Origin: Piedraia hortae CBS 480.64
Taxonomy: Eukaryota
NCBI GenBank assembly: GCA_010093745.1
Contig: MU006035.1
Coordinates: 1-47,779 of the forward strand
Length of the DNA: 47,779 bases
Direction of reading: 5' to 3'
The notes beneath the pieces were generated by a model. That model was not told the origin of the DNA and did no database searches. It saw only the letters and a list, made by a program, of their open reading frames with translations. Positions 29,601 to 40,481 of this stretch are shown in pieces (the first letter of the stretch is position 1; every line of letters starts with the position of its first letter). A program made the translations under genes and the position numbers.

Positions 29601-31310
29601 ATGGCGGAGATACCCATCAAGGTGAAGCACCGAGGCAAACTGTATGATGTAGACGTAAACCCAGAGAGCGCTGGCGAGGAGCTGAAGATGCAGCTGTATT
29701 CACTCACAGGCGTCGAGCCCAAGAACCAGAAGGTCATGGCGAAGAAGATGATCAAGGACGATACGCCTCTTTCATCGCTTAATCTAAAGCCCGGCAGTAC
29801 CATCATGCTCATTGGATCGGCCTCGGTAGATATGACCATTCCTGAAGCGCCCCAAGTCAAGATGAAATTCAAAGAGGACATGACGGATGCAGAGCTCGCT
29901 CAACAAGAGGGGGCAATTCCGGCTGGCCTTCAGAACATGGGAAACACGTGCTATGCGAACGCTACATTGCAGGCCTTACGTGCTATGCCGGAGCTTCAGC
30001 AAGCTCTAACGAGTTATAAACCAAGCCCACCCTCTTCTTCAGCTCCCGAGCCTAGCATGTTCACCCCAGAGCAGCTGGCTCAGTACGGCCTCGGTTCATT
30101 TTCCACGGGCGCCGATCTCACCGCCGCCCTTCGCGATCTTTTCCGTCAAATGGGCGAGACTCAACAGGGCTTTGCCCCGATCATGTTCCTGACTGCGTTG
30201 CGCAACAGATACCCACAATTTGCAGAGCGGTCGAAAAGTGGCCACGGCTATGCCCAGCAAGATGCTGAAGAAGTCTGGACGCAGCTGGTTCTGACTTTGC
30301 ATGAAACCATTAAGCCCGAGGACGGCGAGGAAAATGGCGAATTCAAGAGTTGGGTGGACAAGTACATGGGCGGCAAGTTTGAAGTAATGACCACGTGTAA
30401 TGAAGCACCCGAAGAGGACACGACGACGGAGACATTCCATGACCTCAAGTGTAATATTCGGGGAGACACAAGCCATCTGTCGGAAGGCATCAGAATTGCC
30501 TTGGATGAGACTCTGGAGAAGGAGTCGCCCACACTGGGCCGCACGGCAACTTACACGCGCAAGTCTCGCATCAGTCGCTTGCCGAGATATCTTCCCGTTC
30601 ACCTCATTAGGTTCTTTTGGCGCAAAGATACGAAGAAAAAGGCAAAGATCTTGCGAAAGGTTGCTTTTCAGCATGAGATTGACGTTACAGCATTCTGCAC
30701 TGAGGAGCTTAAGAAGAAGCTCATTCCAGTTCGTGATAAGATTCGGGAAGTGCGTAAGGAAGAAGAAGACGTGGAGAGGGCCAAAAAGAGACAGAAGCGC
30801 AAGCGCAAAGACATGGAGGATGCAGCAATTCAAGGCGACAGCAAAATACGGTCCGATGAGCCGTTGCAGAAGCGCAAGGAAAAAGCAAATGCAAAGGCAT
30901 CTGGTTCCGCGAAAGATGCAGAGCCTGCCAGCGAAGAGACGTTCAAGACAGATGCTGAGATCGATGCAGAGCATGCTGAGAGAATCTTGACGATGAAGAA
31001 AGAAGCGCTTGAAGCCGTGGATCCCGAGCTCAAGAAAGACACTCAGGCAAACCAAACCGGTCTATACGAGCTAAGAGGCGTCGTAACTCACCAGGGATCC
31101 TCTGCTGACTCTGGTCACTACACTGCATACATCAAAAAGACGGCACAACCAGGCAAGGCAGAAGACGGCATGTGGTGGTGGTTCAATGACGACAAGGTTC
31201 AAGAAGTGGGAAAGGACAAGATCGAGACATTGGCGGGCGGCGGTGAAACACACAGTGCTCTGATACTGCTCTATCGCGCGGTGGAGTTGCCGGTCTTGGA
31301 CAAGAGTTAA
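29601..31310 (+). CDS. UBP6: Proteasome-associated deubiquitinase Ubp6/USP14
   Basis: N-terminal UBL (QLYSLTGVEPKNQKVM), Cys box GLQNMGNTCYAN, QQDAEE, His box HQGSSADSGHY and WFNDDKV. ATG at 29601. Confidence 0.96.
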   Translation: MAEIPIKVKHRGKLYDVDVNPESAGEELKMQLYSLTGVEPKNQKVMAKKMIKDDTPLSSLNLKPGSTIMLIGSASVDMTIPEAPQVKMKFKEDMTDAELAQQEGAIPAGLQNMGNTCYANATLQALRAMPELQQALTSYKPSPPSSSAPEPSMFTPEQLAQYGLGSFSTGADLTAALRDLFRQMGETQQGFAPIMFLTALRNRYPQFAERSKSGHGYAQQDAEEVWTQLVLTLHETIKPEDGEENGEFKSWVDKYMGGKFEVMTTCNEAPEEDTTTETFHDLKCNIRGDTSHLSEGIRIALDETLEKESPTLGRTATYTRKSRISRLPRYLPVHLIRFFWRKDTKKKAKILRKVAFQHEIDVTAFCTEELKKKLIPVRDKIREVRKEEEDVERAKKRQKRKRKDMEDAAIQGDSKIRSDEPLQKRKEKANAKASGSAKDAEPASEETFKTDAEIDAEHAERILTMKKEALEAVDPELKKDTQANQTGLYELRGVVTHQGSSADSGHYTAYIKKTAQPGKAEDGMWWWFNDDKVQEVGKDKIETLAGGGETHSALILLYRAVELPVLDKS

Positions 31311-31527
31311 ACGAGTGCCGTAGTCTAAAATTTTATGTGGGGGAGCGGTCCCTCCTTCCTCTTTTGTCGCAAACAACGTTACGCTATCCAGATCTGGTAA
31401 GGCTTGGCGCACACCGCACTCTCATTTTCTGCCCTTTTGCAGGCTTCCAATTTTTGAAAGCCATCATAATCAGTGGTTTTCAAAGTACAGCTTACAAGCA
31501 GCAGGGTTTAACAGTGATCCGCTCACA

Positions 31528-33599
31528 ATGTTTTATTCTTACGACCGTAGGATGCTGATCACACCTCAACAGGAACTTTACTGACTGTAACAGTATTGAC
31601 CAGCCAAAAATATGGTGTAGCAACCATATGGCTGGTGGCCACGCTGGGTTCGAAGAACTCACTGAAGAAAGTGTCCCGTCGGGATATTCAAAAGGTCAAT
31701 GTGGAAAAGGCTTGTGAAACCATCATCATGTCTGAAGCACCCATGGCCTTGCGCCTACAGAGCAGCTTGCTGTAAGTCTTCTCAAGGTGCTTTTGTGATG
31801 ATTCTGATTGACCATTTCAAGTTCTGGCGTTGCTCGTGTGTTCTCGCACCAGTGCGGTTATCTTTTGACGGACGCTGAAGCCATGCGTAATAACATGATC
31901 GCAGTCATACGCTCCATGCAAACGACGGATCTGGAGCAGATGGGCAGCAACAACAGGAGGTAGGGTGCTAACGATATGTCGATCTTTGAAGCTAACTGTC
32001 ATTAGGGCCGAGCAGCTGATCCTTCCCGATGATCCGGATTTCTTTCCAGAATTCGACCTCTTACCGCTGAGTATCGACAACGTCTTCTCACGAGCTAATG
32101 CGGCCGCAGGGCAGAAATCCCAAGAGTCCAATCTTTCGCCATTTCGCTCTGTTCAGTCTGGAGCTTCCAGTCGACAAAGCTCTGTATTGAATGTCCAGAT
32201 CGTACATGATGAATCGGGGGCCAGCGGTCTTGGACATGAGGCTGACAACCATCGTGAAGGACTTTTGGATGATGGTCTTGGTATCACTATCGAGGCTGAC
32301 GGAACCATGCGTTTTAGTGAGGCACCCGTCACTCGTGCGTCCGTCGCCAATAGCGAGGGGTTTGGTCGCGTTGTGGACGATGCCGCTCCGTTGCCCATGG
32401 ACGACTATGTTCATGAAACTAATCCTGAAATTGTCAGTTGCACCATCCTTCTGATTCGCTGACTGACGATACGTTAGGCTGCAGTACGGAATGAAGATGA
32501 CTTCATGCCCGTAATGGACGACGATATGAACATCATGCCTGATGGCGGTAATGAGCAGGCTGTAGTGGCTGATCAGGGGTCGGAAGTTCCAGTGGATGCA
32601 TCGACAAAGGCTCCGTTGAGGCAGCATCAAACGAACAGAGCCAGAGTCCTTGCACCGGATTCTACGTTGGAAGTTCGCAATGCAGAAATTGCTCAATGGG
32701 CTTCCGAATATGGCACCATGATGAGAGTGGCTCTCCGTCAGAAAGCAGCCACGGCATACTCTTATACGGCGAAGAAGAATGCCGAGAATTGGGTTCTCCG
32801 TTTGGGCCGTATTGACGGGGCCGACGGGCCTCTTGATGTGTTTCGCAGCATTCAAATTCTTGGCACCTTGAGCAGTATCAAACTTCCTCATGGTTCTAAA
32901 CGAGTGCGTAACGAATCAGAAGAACCTGAGCCCGAAGCTGGACGCAAGAGAGGCCGAACTCAGGAACCTTTTGATGAGATGGACCTTGGCTTTGATGATG
33001 GCGCATTTCCCGTCATGAACGAGGATACTGGCATTGAAGTTGGACGTGAGGCTCAAACACCGCTGGACGAGCATCGGCGTTCCAGCATGATGCCCTGGAA
33101 CCGCTCAGCGGGCTCTCACCGTCCGACGGCTGTTCCCAGTTCCTCTATCAAAAGCGGACCAGGTGCCACTCGTCGTGGTAGCAGGCTTCACTCGACCTCT
33201 CCCCTGATCGGCAGTGGCATGCATGGAGGAGACATTAATATGCAGGGCCTCAGCCTCAACGATGAAGCAGAGCTTGGTGATATTGGACCTTCTGAGCTGG
33301 ACAACTTTGAACTGCAGGGGCCAGCGGACGATGCAGACATGAGTTCAGCACCGCAGCTACCGTGGCAGCGCCCCGATCTGGACGAGGAAGGCAGCAACTT
33401 TCTTCGATTCGTCCAAGATGGTATTGACCATCAGCCCCAGGCTTCAATCGATTTCGAGTCTTTGATTCCGGCCCGAGATCATACCCGCATGGTTGCAGCC
33501 CAGGCGCTCATGAATGTTCTTACGCTCGGGTCAAAGAACCTGATCTCTGTGAAGCAAACGGACGTATTCGGCCCCATTACCATCAGCCTCGTTGCGTAG
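31528..33599 (+). CDS. REC8: Meiotic cohesin kleisin Rec8, 5 exons
   Basis: Introns 31547-31593, 31772-31821, 31960-32005 and 32433-32477. The spliced N-terminus is MFYSYDLLTSQKYGVATIWLVATLG..APMALRLQSSLLSGVARV. The C-terminal winged-helix segment is AAQALMNVLTLGSKNLISVKQTDVFGPI. Confidence 0.85.
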
Positions 33600-33758
33600 G
33601 TAGGTAGTTTCTGTCAAATTGCCCAAAGGCTGCAAAGAAAGATTGCTTAATTGTAGGAACATTCATCGACTATCTGACAAAGGCACACCCATAACGACCT
33701 GACCCGAGCCGAGGTCCACCAAGATTCATCAATACTAGCCTCCAAAGAAGGTAGACAT

Positions 33759-34400
33759 TCATGCAGTGGCTGGCTCCCCAGCAATTACTTTCTCGACCTC
33801 AATCTTAGGCAGTGACGAACCCGTGCCGCCCAAATCAGTGGCACGGGCCTTGGGGTTCTTTGTGTAGTAATTTTGGATGGCTGATTTGATGCCATCTTCA
33901 GCAAGCATAGAACAATGCACTATGGATAGTCAGTATTTCCCGGCTCATCTGAAGAACAAGGACAACTAACGTTTAACCGGTGGCAATGAAAGCTCTTTGG
34001 CAATTTCTGTGTTCCTAATCCGACTCGCTTGCTCTAGCGTCATGCCCTTGACAAGCTCGGTCAGATAACTGCTGCTCGCAATGGCACTTCCACATCCAAA
34101 TGTCTTGAACTTAACGTCCGTTATCCGCTCGTCCTTTGGGTCGACCTTAATCTGAATCTTCATGACATCACCACAGGCCGGGGCACCCACAAGTCCAGTG
34201 CCGACATCTTGCTCGTTCTTTCCCAAGGAGCCCACATTGCGTGGGTTGTTGTAGTGGTCGAGCACTTTTTCGTGGTAGCTACGTTGGCCCCCTCGAACAG
34301 CCGGCGTGGCGCGGGCAAAAGAGGAGACTGCAGGCCGAGGCGTTGACTGCAGCATGCGCGCGGCCTGGGCAGGTGCAGTTGTAAGAGCTCGTTTGAACAT
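33759..34400 (-). CDS. ISU1: Mitochondrial Fe-S scaffold Isu1/IscU
   Basis: YHEKVLDHYNNPRNVGS, GAPACGD and FKTFGCGSAIASSS. Intron 33920-33970 joins LPPVK|LHCSMLAED. Stop at 33759-33761. Confidence 0.96.
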
Positions 34401-34632
34401 GATGTTGTTATCCTCAGAATTCTGGTATTGTTATCGGGAGGCGACGTTGGTTTGAGTTGCCTTCGATGACCTCATGGCACAAGGAACGGTCGAACGGGCC
34501 GAGCCGTAAAAGTGGGGACGCACTCACGGCTTATGCCGTTGCGGGAATCTTTGACGCTGCGACGCGAGCTCACCTCTGCAACCCACAAGCTTCGGTAATA
34601 CCAAAAGATCACTGCCACTGCATCCTTTGAAT

Positions 34633-35274
34633 ATGGCATCCACTCTGGATCACGAGAAGCTGGTCCGCCTGCAAAATGCGCAGCGCACCGGTGAGTAAAT
34701 TTTTAACCGTGGTGACTGGTCATTGCTGACATGCTCTACAGGGTAAGAACCATTGGCATCATCAGCTTCAGCGAACTCGGGACGGCTAATCTCAATATAG
34801 TGGCAAAGGCACGCCGCGGAGACCGACAAAGAAGGTGCACAAGAGCGCCGGCACGGACGACAAGAAATTGCAGACGACGCTGAAGAAGCTCAATGTGCAG
34901 CCAATCAACGCGATAGAGGAGGTCAACATGTTCAAGTCTGATGGAAATGTCATCCACTTCGCCGCACCCAAAGGTCAGTGATCAATCACACAATAGACGT
35001 GCAAACTAACCTAATGGTAGTTCACGCCGCTGTGCAATCCAACACATTCGCAATCTACGGTAAGGGCGAGGAGAAAGAGCTTACCGAGCTCGTGCCTGGC
35101 ATTCTCAATCAGCTCGGTCCTGATAGCTTGGCGTCGCTGCGCAAGCTAGCCGAAAGCTACCAGACCCTGCAGAAGGCCGAGGAGCCCCAGAAGAAGGAGG
35201 CGGACGATGACGATGACGAGATCCCGTCTCTTGTTGAAGGCAAGGACTTTGAGAACAAGGATGAAGTCGAGTAG
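34633..35274 (+). CDS. EGD1: Nascent polypeptide-associated complex beta subunit (BTF3/Egd1)
   Basis: Exons 34633-34690, 34742 (1 nt), 34801-34973 and 35021-35274. Spliced protein: [66 protein letters not shown]. Confidence 0.93.
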
Positions 35275-35376
35275 GGGCGCCTTTGCCATGCGACCCAGGA
35301 GGCAAGCGTGTGCGGCCTATGCAGCGCACTCCTATCATGAGGATACGTGGATGAAAAGTCTCGTTAGCCACTTGTA

Positions 35377-36060
35377 CTACGTTCGTCTACTTTGTGCTGG
35401 TTCAATGAGAGGCGTGTTGGTCAATCCTATGGCGTCCAGGACTCCTGCTTCCCGCTGCATGATTATTGCGCCCCTCGGGTTCAGCTGACGGTAATAAGCC
35501 GGGTCTTGGCTGACCTGCTGAAAGCCCCGTTTTCTGTACCATTCTAAGCCGTCCAAGTTGGCTTCCCATACGTGAGCACAAATGCCAGTAATAGCATATT
35601 TCTCAACCGCCTCTTTTGCCAGAGCATTGAGCATCATGGTGGCAATGCCGTGTGCGCGATATGGTGCGTACACGGCAAGGGTGCTGATGTACAATACTGG
35701 TCCACCCCTCGAGGACGGAACGAGAGGGTCAGGGAACAATCGACAGCGCATCGCCCCAACGAGCTTGCCGCCCTTCCTATCTCCCGTGCCAGCATCATCG
35801 TGCCAAACGGCGACCAGAGTAATGGAATTCGCGACCTGATCATTGATTATCTCAGAGTAGAAGCTTTGCGGGTATGGAATGGGCAGGAGCAAGCCGTTTA
35901 ACCGTTTAAGCCAGGGCAGATCATCTTTGACGCAGTGTCGGAGGTCAAATTGAGGTGGCGGAGCAGCCTGCGGTGCTGACGACACTACAGAACATTTTTC
36001 GGGTAACGAGACCGGCAACCTGCCACGGTCCAGCCAAGCGGTCAGCGATGACTGCGGCAT
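35377..36060 (-). CDS. GNAT acetyltransferase, Naa50/Nat5-like
   Basis: LLPIPYPQSFY, LYISTLAVYAPYRAHGIAT (acetyl-CoA motif A) and HVWEANLDGLEWYRKRGF. Confidence 0.8.
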   Translation of the reverse strand: MPQSSLTAWLDRGRLPVSLPEKCSVVSSAPQAAPPPQFDLRHCVKDDLPWLKRLNGLLLPIPYPQSFYSEIINDQVANSITLVAVWHDDAGTGDRKGGKLVGAMRCRLFPDPLVPSSRGGPVLYISTLAVYAPYRAHGIATMMLNALAKEAVEKYAITGICAHVWEANLDGLEWYRKRGFQQVSQDPAYYRQLNPRGAIIMQREAGVLDAIGLTNTPLIEPAQSRRT

Positions 36061-36200
36061 GATGGTTGACGCGTCGCTAACGTCATACCGCTAGCGCGGG
36101 GCGCGGGGCGCGGGACGCGGGGCTTGGCGGGGCTCGACGTCATGTCGATGTCAAAAACCGTGAGGCAAGAGTAAATCTGAGAGGCGCATCCACTCTGTCC
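36061..36200. promoter_or_regulatory. 140-nt bidirectional promoter with (GCGCGGG)x4 array and CRE-like ACGTCA sites
   Basis: Lies between divergent ATGs at 36060 and 36201. gcgcggg repeats at 36094-36121. ACGTCA at about 36080 and 36137. Confidence 0.55.
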
Positions 36201-39137
36201 ATGGCATCGTCAGCGCCGCTGAACACGGCTCAAGGGCTTGCTCAGCTACAGGACCCTCCCATAATACCCCAGCGCTCTGTCCAAGAAACTGCCCAACAAG
36301 ACTCTACCCCTCAGCCTTCCCTTCAGCGCTCAACCACCGAAGCAGAGCAATTTGTAGATGCCCCAGAAGAGCCGCAGCAGCAGGATGTCACCCCCGAGCG
36401 GTTCGAGATGCGCTCGGTGCCCTCGACAATCTCCTCGACGGCGTCGGTGCCGCCGCCTGGGGCTGCCCTTACCGGAAAACAAGAGCATTACCTAAAGCGC
36501 GAGCTGATCTCGAAGCAAACCAAGTGGGAAGTTGACGAACTTGCTGAGCCAACGGCGCTCCAGCGCTTTGGGGCTCCGTTTCGGTCTGACGCTGGCGAGG
36601 TGGCTCCCGAGGACAGCGAACTCCCAATATTACGCTACATTTTTGTTCATCACATCCGGAACTTCCCATTCTTAAACCAAGCCAAGGAAAAGGAGTTTTG
36701 GCAAGACAAGCTACAACGATTTTTGGAAAGCTTCGCCAACAAGCACATTTCCTCGGCCGAGGACCGTTTGGAGCAGACGAAGCGACAAAAGCTCGCTGTG
36801 AAAGCCGAGAAATTAGTCGAGTTGATGATGGTCAGTGGAATCCCAACATCATCCGGCTACGAAGAGCGTATCCGCTTTAGCGAGATGGAAGTGGTGGACC
36901 GCGGAGCCAACGCTGCCGGCCTCGTGGCGAATCGACCTGAGGGTAATGTGATTAATGGGTGGGATGTCAACGTAGCTGGTGTGCGGATAGCTCGTGTCAA
37001 ACGCCACGTTCGCCACCATGAGCATGCAGAATTCATACTGCGAGTACAACGGGGCAACGAACCTGCTTGGTACATTTCAAGACGCTTCGGTGCCTTTGTC
37101 CAGTTGCGCAAGCGACTGCGAGTTGAGCTTCCGGGAAAAGTGCTGGCACCTCTCCCACGCAAGAACAAAAGCGGCACACTTATGGGCGAGGATGTGGACG
37201 AGGATGATGACGATAGTATGTCATCAAACTCCATTCCAGACACCCAGTCCGAACAAGTTGCTGGTTCATCGGGAGGAATCCGTGGCTACCTGTCAGCTTG
37301 GACTGGCGGCTCAGGCTCCAAGTCTCCACGCCAATACTCAGCACGGGGGAGCATCGACTCTTCCCGCGAGCCTCTTAGTCCAGACCATTCAGTTACCCTC
37401 GTACGGGAGGAGCAGCGTGTCTCCCTCCGGGCCTTCTTGCGCAATTATCTGCAAAATGCTAACATCGCCCACTCTCCAGCCATGCTAGACTTTCTCTCAC
37501 ACGATCCTATCCAGCCGACAGCTGATGAAGTTGCTGACATGAGTCGTCGCCGGCTTATGGACGAGCGGCGACTGGAAGAGCAGCATCGCTTCTATGAGGT
37601 GGCAAGCGACCGGGCGCGAGAGCTGGATGTGCACATGGAAAAGTTCCGCCGGAAAGTTGTTGAGCGCGATGGGCTTCGTGAACTTTTCAGCGAAATTCGC
37701 AAAAAGGATCGCCTCGCTGATCTGGATCCGGAATACAAGAAGTTTGCCGAGTGGCTGCGAATAGAGGTGGCTGCAACGCTGTACCACTTGTTCTTGGCAG
37801 AAGATAACAGTCCGGACCTCTTTGCACAGGCCAAGCGGATTCACTCATTGATGCCTTATGGTGCACTCAAGCAGGTTATCCGCTTTACTAATCCTACAGC
37901 GGTCATGGCCAACGTTTTGGATCTATTCATGGCGCAGCCGCTTGGCTCCAAGTCATTGCTCCAGCGCATCTTTGGATTTGCTTTGGGCGATGGCATCAAA
38001 ACTATACAAAAGGCCATTGACTCTCTTACTGCCAACATCGGGGCTGAGAGCCTTTGTGCACGCATCCAGAATTACACAACCAGTCCTGAAAAGGTCAAAA
38101 ATGGCATTCGGACAAATGCGGTGGACCAGGGTACTGACCTCCTGTTGCAAATCTTTACTTCGAAGGATATAGCACCGCCTTTGTCTGTAGTTCAAGTTGA
38201 GAGGACGCAGCAGGCATATGTGGCATGGAATGAGGCGGTAGACCAAGCTGGTGGTAATGTGCGGCAAGACGCAGAACTGTACGCACATTTGAAGCAACTG
38301 CTCAAGCTTTACACGCGACTCCGTGACAAGCAGATGATGCTTCAAATGATTGAAGAGCCCAATACGCTGAGGTTATTTCGGGACCTGTTTACCATCTTCT
38401 ACGAGCCCCTGGTACGGGTGTACAAGTCAGCAAACGTGTATGGCAGCGTAACCGACTTTGCACGGTTCGCAGATGATACCATACAGACAGTAGAGCGGGC
38501 GCAGCAGCAGGATGTAAGCGCGGATCCCAATCAGACGGTGCAGTCGTTCATCGACCTCTGCGAGCGTCATGAAGATGACCTGTACAAATTCATACATGAA
38601 GTGCACACTCACGATGATGGCTTATTCGACAAACTCATGACTTGGATCGAAGGCATACTCGACTTTCTGCGCAATGGCCCTCGCAACGGTGGCACCTTGG
38701 ATATGAACGCGCTTTTCGTCAATGGCGTAGAATCTGGCTTGATTGACGCCAAGATCGCGCTGCGTGAGATTAACAGTCTGATTAAATGGCAAATGGCACG
38801 TAAGCGGTGGCACTCAGACAAGACGCGCCAGAAGATGGCATCCGGTGGGGGAGAAGACACTGGTCTTGCTGGCCTGACATCCGCTTTCCACCCATCAGAC
38901 TTCGGTTTGAACGCAATGGATCTGCAAGATCTTGGCGATGATGACGACAGGGAAGAAGAGACATCTAGCGGATCAGATGTCACGGCCGACCCCATCGAAG
39001 CTGAGCGTAGGCGAAGGCAGAAACACCAAGGCATGCTCAAACGCACCGCTGGTGAGCCTGTCAAGCCCGTTGTGCGTGAATGCCACAAGCTCATGCCTCC
39101 CTTTTTAGACATGCTCCGGCGCGTTCTGGCCGAGTAA
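36201..39137 (+). CDS. PX-domain protein of the YPR097W/Lec1 type (PX-associated N-terminus, DUF3818-like C-terminus)
   Basis: QEHYLKRELI, LPILRYIFVHHIRNFPFL, PX core ISRRFGAFVQLRKRLRVELPGKVLAPLPRKNK, REEQRVSLRAFLR and IFYEPLVRVYKSA. Confidence 0.8.
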   Translation: MASSAPLNTAQGLAQLQDPPIIPQRSVQETAQQDSTPQPSLQRSTTEAEQFVDAPEEPQQQDVTPERFEMRSVPSTISSTASVPPPGAALTGKQEHYLKRELISKQTKWEVDELAEPTALQRFGAPFRSDAGEVAPEDSELPILRYIFVHHIRNFPFLNQAKEKEFWQDKLQRFLESFANKHISSAEDRLEQTKRQKLAVKAEKLVELMMVSGIPTSSGYEERIRFSEMEVVDRGANAAGLVANRPEGNVINGWDVNVAGVRIARVKRHVRHHEHAEFILRVQRGNEPAWYISRRFGAFVQLRKRLRVELPGKVLAPLPRKNKSGTLMGEDVDEDDDDSMSSNSIPDTQSEQVAGSSGGIRGYLSAWTGGSGSKSPRQYSARGSIDSSREPLSPDHSVTLVREEQRVSLRAFLRNYLQNANIAHSPAMLDFLSHDPIQPTADEVADMSRRRLMDERRLEEQHRFYEVASDRARELDVHMEKFRRKVVERDGLRELFSEIRKKDRLADLDPEYKKFAEWLRIEVAATLYHLFLAEDNSPDLFAQAKRIHSLMPYGALKQVIRFTNPTAVMANVLDLFMAQPLGSKSLLQRIFGFALGDGIKTIQKAIDSLTANIGAESLCARIQNYTTSPEKVKNGIRTNAVDQGTDLLLQIFTSKDIAPPLSVVQVERTQQAYVAWNEAVDQAGGNVRQDAELYAHLKQLLKLYTRLRDKQMMLQMIEEPNTLRLFRDLFTIFYEPLVRVYKSANVYGSVTDFARFADDTIQTVERAQQQDVSADPNQTVQSFIDLCERHEDDLYKFIHEVHTHDDGLFDKLMTWIEGILDFLRNGPRNGGTLDMNALFVNGVESGLIDAKIALREINSLIKWQMARKRWHSDKTRQKMASGGGEDTGLAGLTSAFHPSDFGLNAMDLQDLGDDDDREEETSSGSDVTADPIEAERRRRQKHQGMLKRTAGEPVKPVVRECHKLMPPFLDMLRRVLAE

Positions 39138-40481
39138 CCTGTATCATGAAGCCGCAAGCCCCGTTTACACGTCTAAACGCATGTAGAGCTAGTCAATAAT
39201 GAGATAGATTTTGATGAATGGCATGAAACGACATGACCCGGCCTTCATATTCCAAACAAATCCGTAGTTAAAGCGCCTGTGACATCATTAGCACGGTAAA
39301 CATCAAAGTTTGAAGAAGCTGTGAGACCAAGCATGCATCCCACACGACATTTTCACATGTTGGTCCACGCAAGGGATATAGGAAACCCATGAGGCTAAGG
39401 AAACGACGTCCCTTCTGGGCGGTATCGACGTTTTCCCAGGCTGAGAGGATCCCTAGGCCTGGGACTCCCACGTCTTTGGATCAACGTCCGTTCGATCAGT
39501 AGCGGTATTTGCCCTTGCAACTTGTGCCCATGCTTATGTATTTTTTTTTTTTGTGGTACAATGTAGGGTGGTTCTTGAGGAGCTACGCTAACATCTGGCT
39601 TGGAGCGATGAGGTACAGCATGACTCGAGCCGCTTTGCCGTCTAGCCGAGCCCGGCAACGCTTCTAATCGTCCACCAGTGGGTAGACCTCAGGCCTGGCA
39701 GATTAAGATGATGAGATCATGCATGATACTTTCCTTTGATCGTAATAGCATCACACGCATCACAAAGATATTGTGAAAGCTTCGTCGTGAGCATGGACTT
39801 GTGAGGCTGTACTTTGTAAGTTTGTATCATAGAGTCTACCATGTGACGAGAATGTGGATCTGCTTCCGGATCATGTGGACGAATGTGGGGTGAGGGTGCT
39901 TGATAATGCATCACTCTGCATCACATTGCTATTACGTTGCGTGTAAGAGATGAGTAAAAGCGATACTGACCCTGGGAATATAGTTCACGTAGCGTTGAAT
40001 CTTGGGCCTGTGAACGTCCCTTGACAAAAGTGATCATTTGCCATGAAGATGCAGTGAAGATGCAGTAAGGCTTACTTTCAAAAAGATAATATAGGGAAGG
40101 TAATAGAGCCAAGCATGATTGAAAACGTTCACTACATTGTTGTGTGAATCAAAGCCCATGTTTTCCACGTTTCTGGCCCGATTCGGACTGTCAAGCAGAC
40201 TTGGACCCTGAGTCGGATCGGGCCGTCCGCCTATTTTTTTGGAGCTGCTCACCGCCTGGCGGCTGGCAACATTTGGTGAGTCTGAGCTATAAATCCCTCG
40301 TTTCCATCTTTTTTTTTTTTTTGATTTACCGATACCATCTCAGTGCAACACAAAGATACATGACTCTTACCAGTGATTCCAAACACTTGCGGCGGCTTAT
40401 GCGCTCACCTGCAGAAGTACCCAACTGCCCAGATTATTAACTTGCAAGTACTTGGAACCGTATTCACCGCGGTTGCGACCC

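Noticed and set aside
30096..31055. 319-aa antisense ORF (and a similar 267-aa ORF at 32088-32891)
   Set aside because: Shadow ORFs opposite UBP6 and REC8, explained by sense-strand codon bias.
8457..34400. Functional clustering of Fe-S or translation genes (MMS19, ISU1, TYW3, NEW1, EGD1)
   Set aside because: They are interspersed with unrelated housekeeping genes and share no visible motif. Chance neighbourhood is sufficient.
34691..34800. [D1,2] or [A2,3] stwintron reading of the EGD1 intervening sequence
   Set aside because: Removing the first intron leaves G+GGTAAG rather than a reconstituted G+T donor, and both introns have intact termini. A 1-nt exon fits the frame better.
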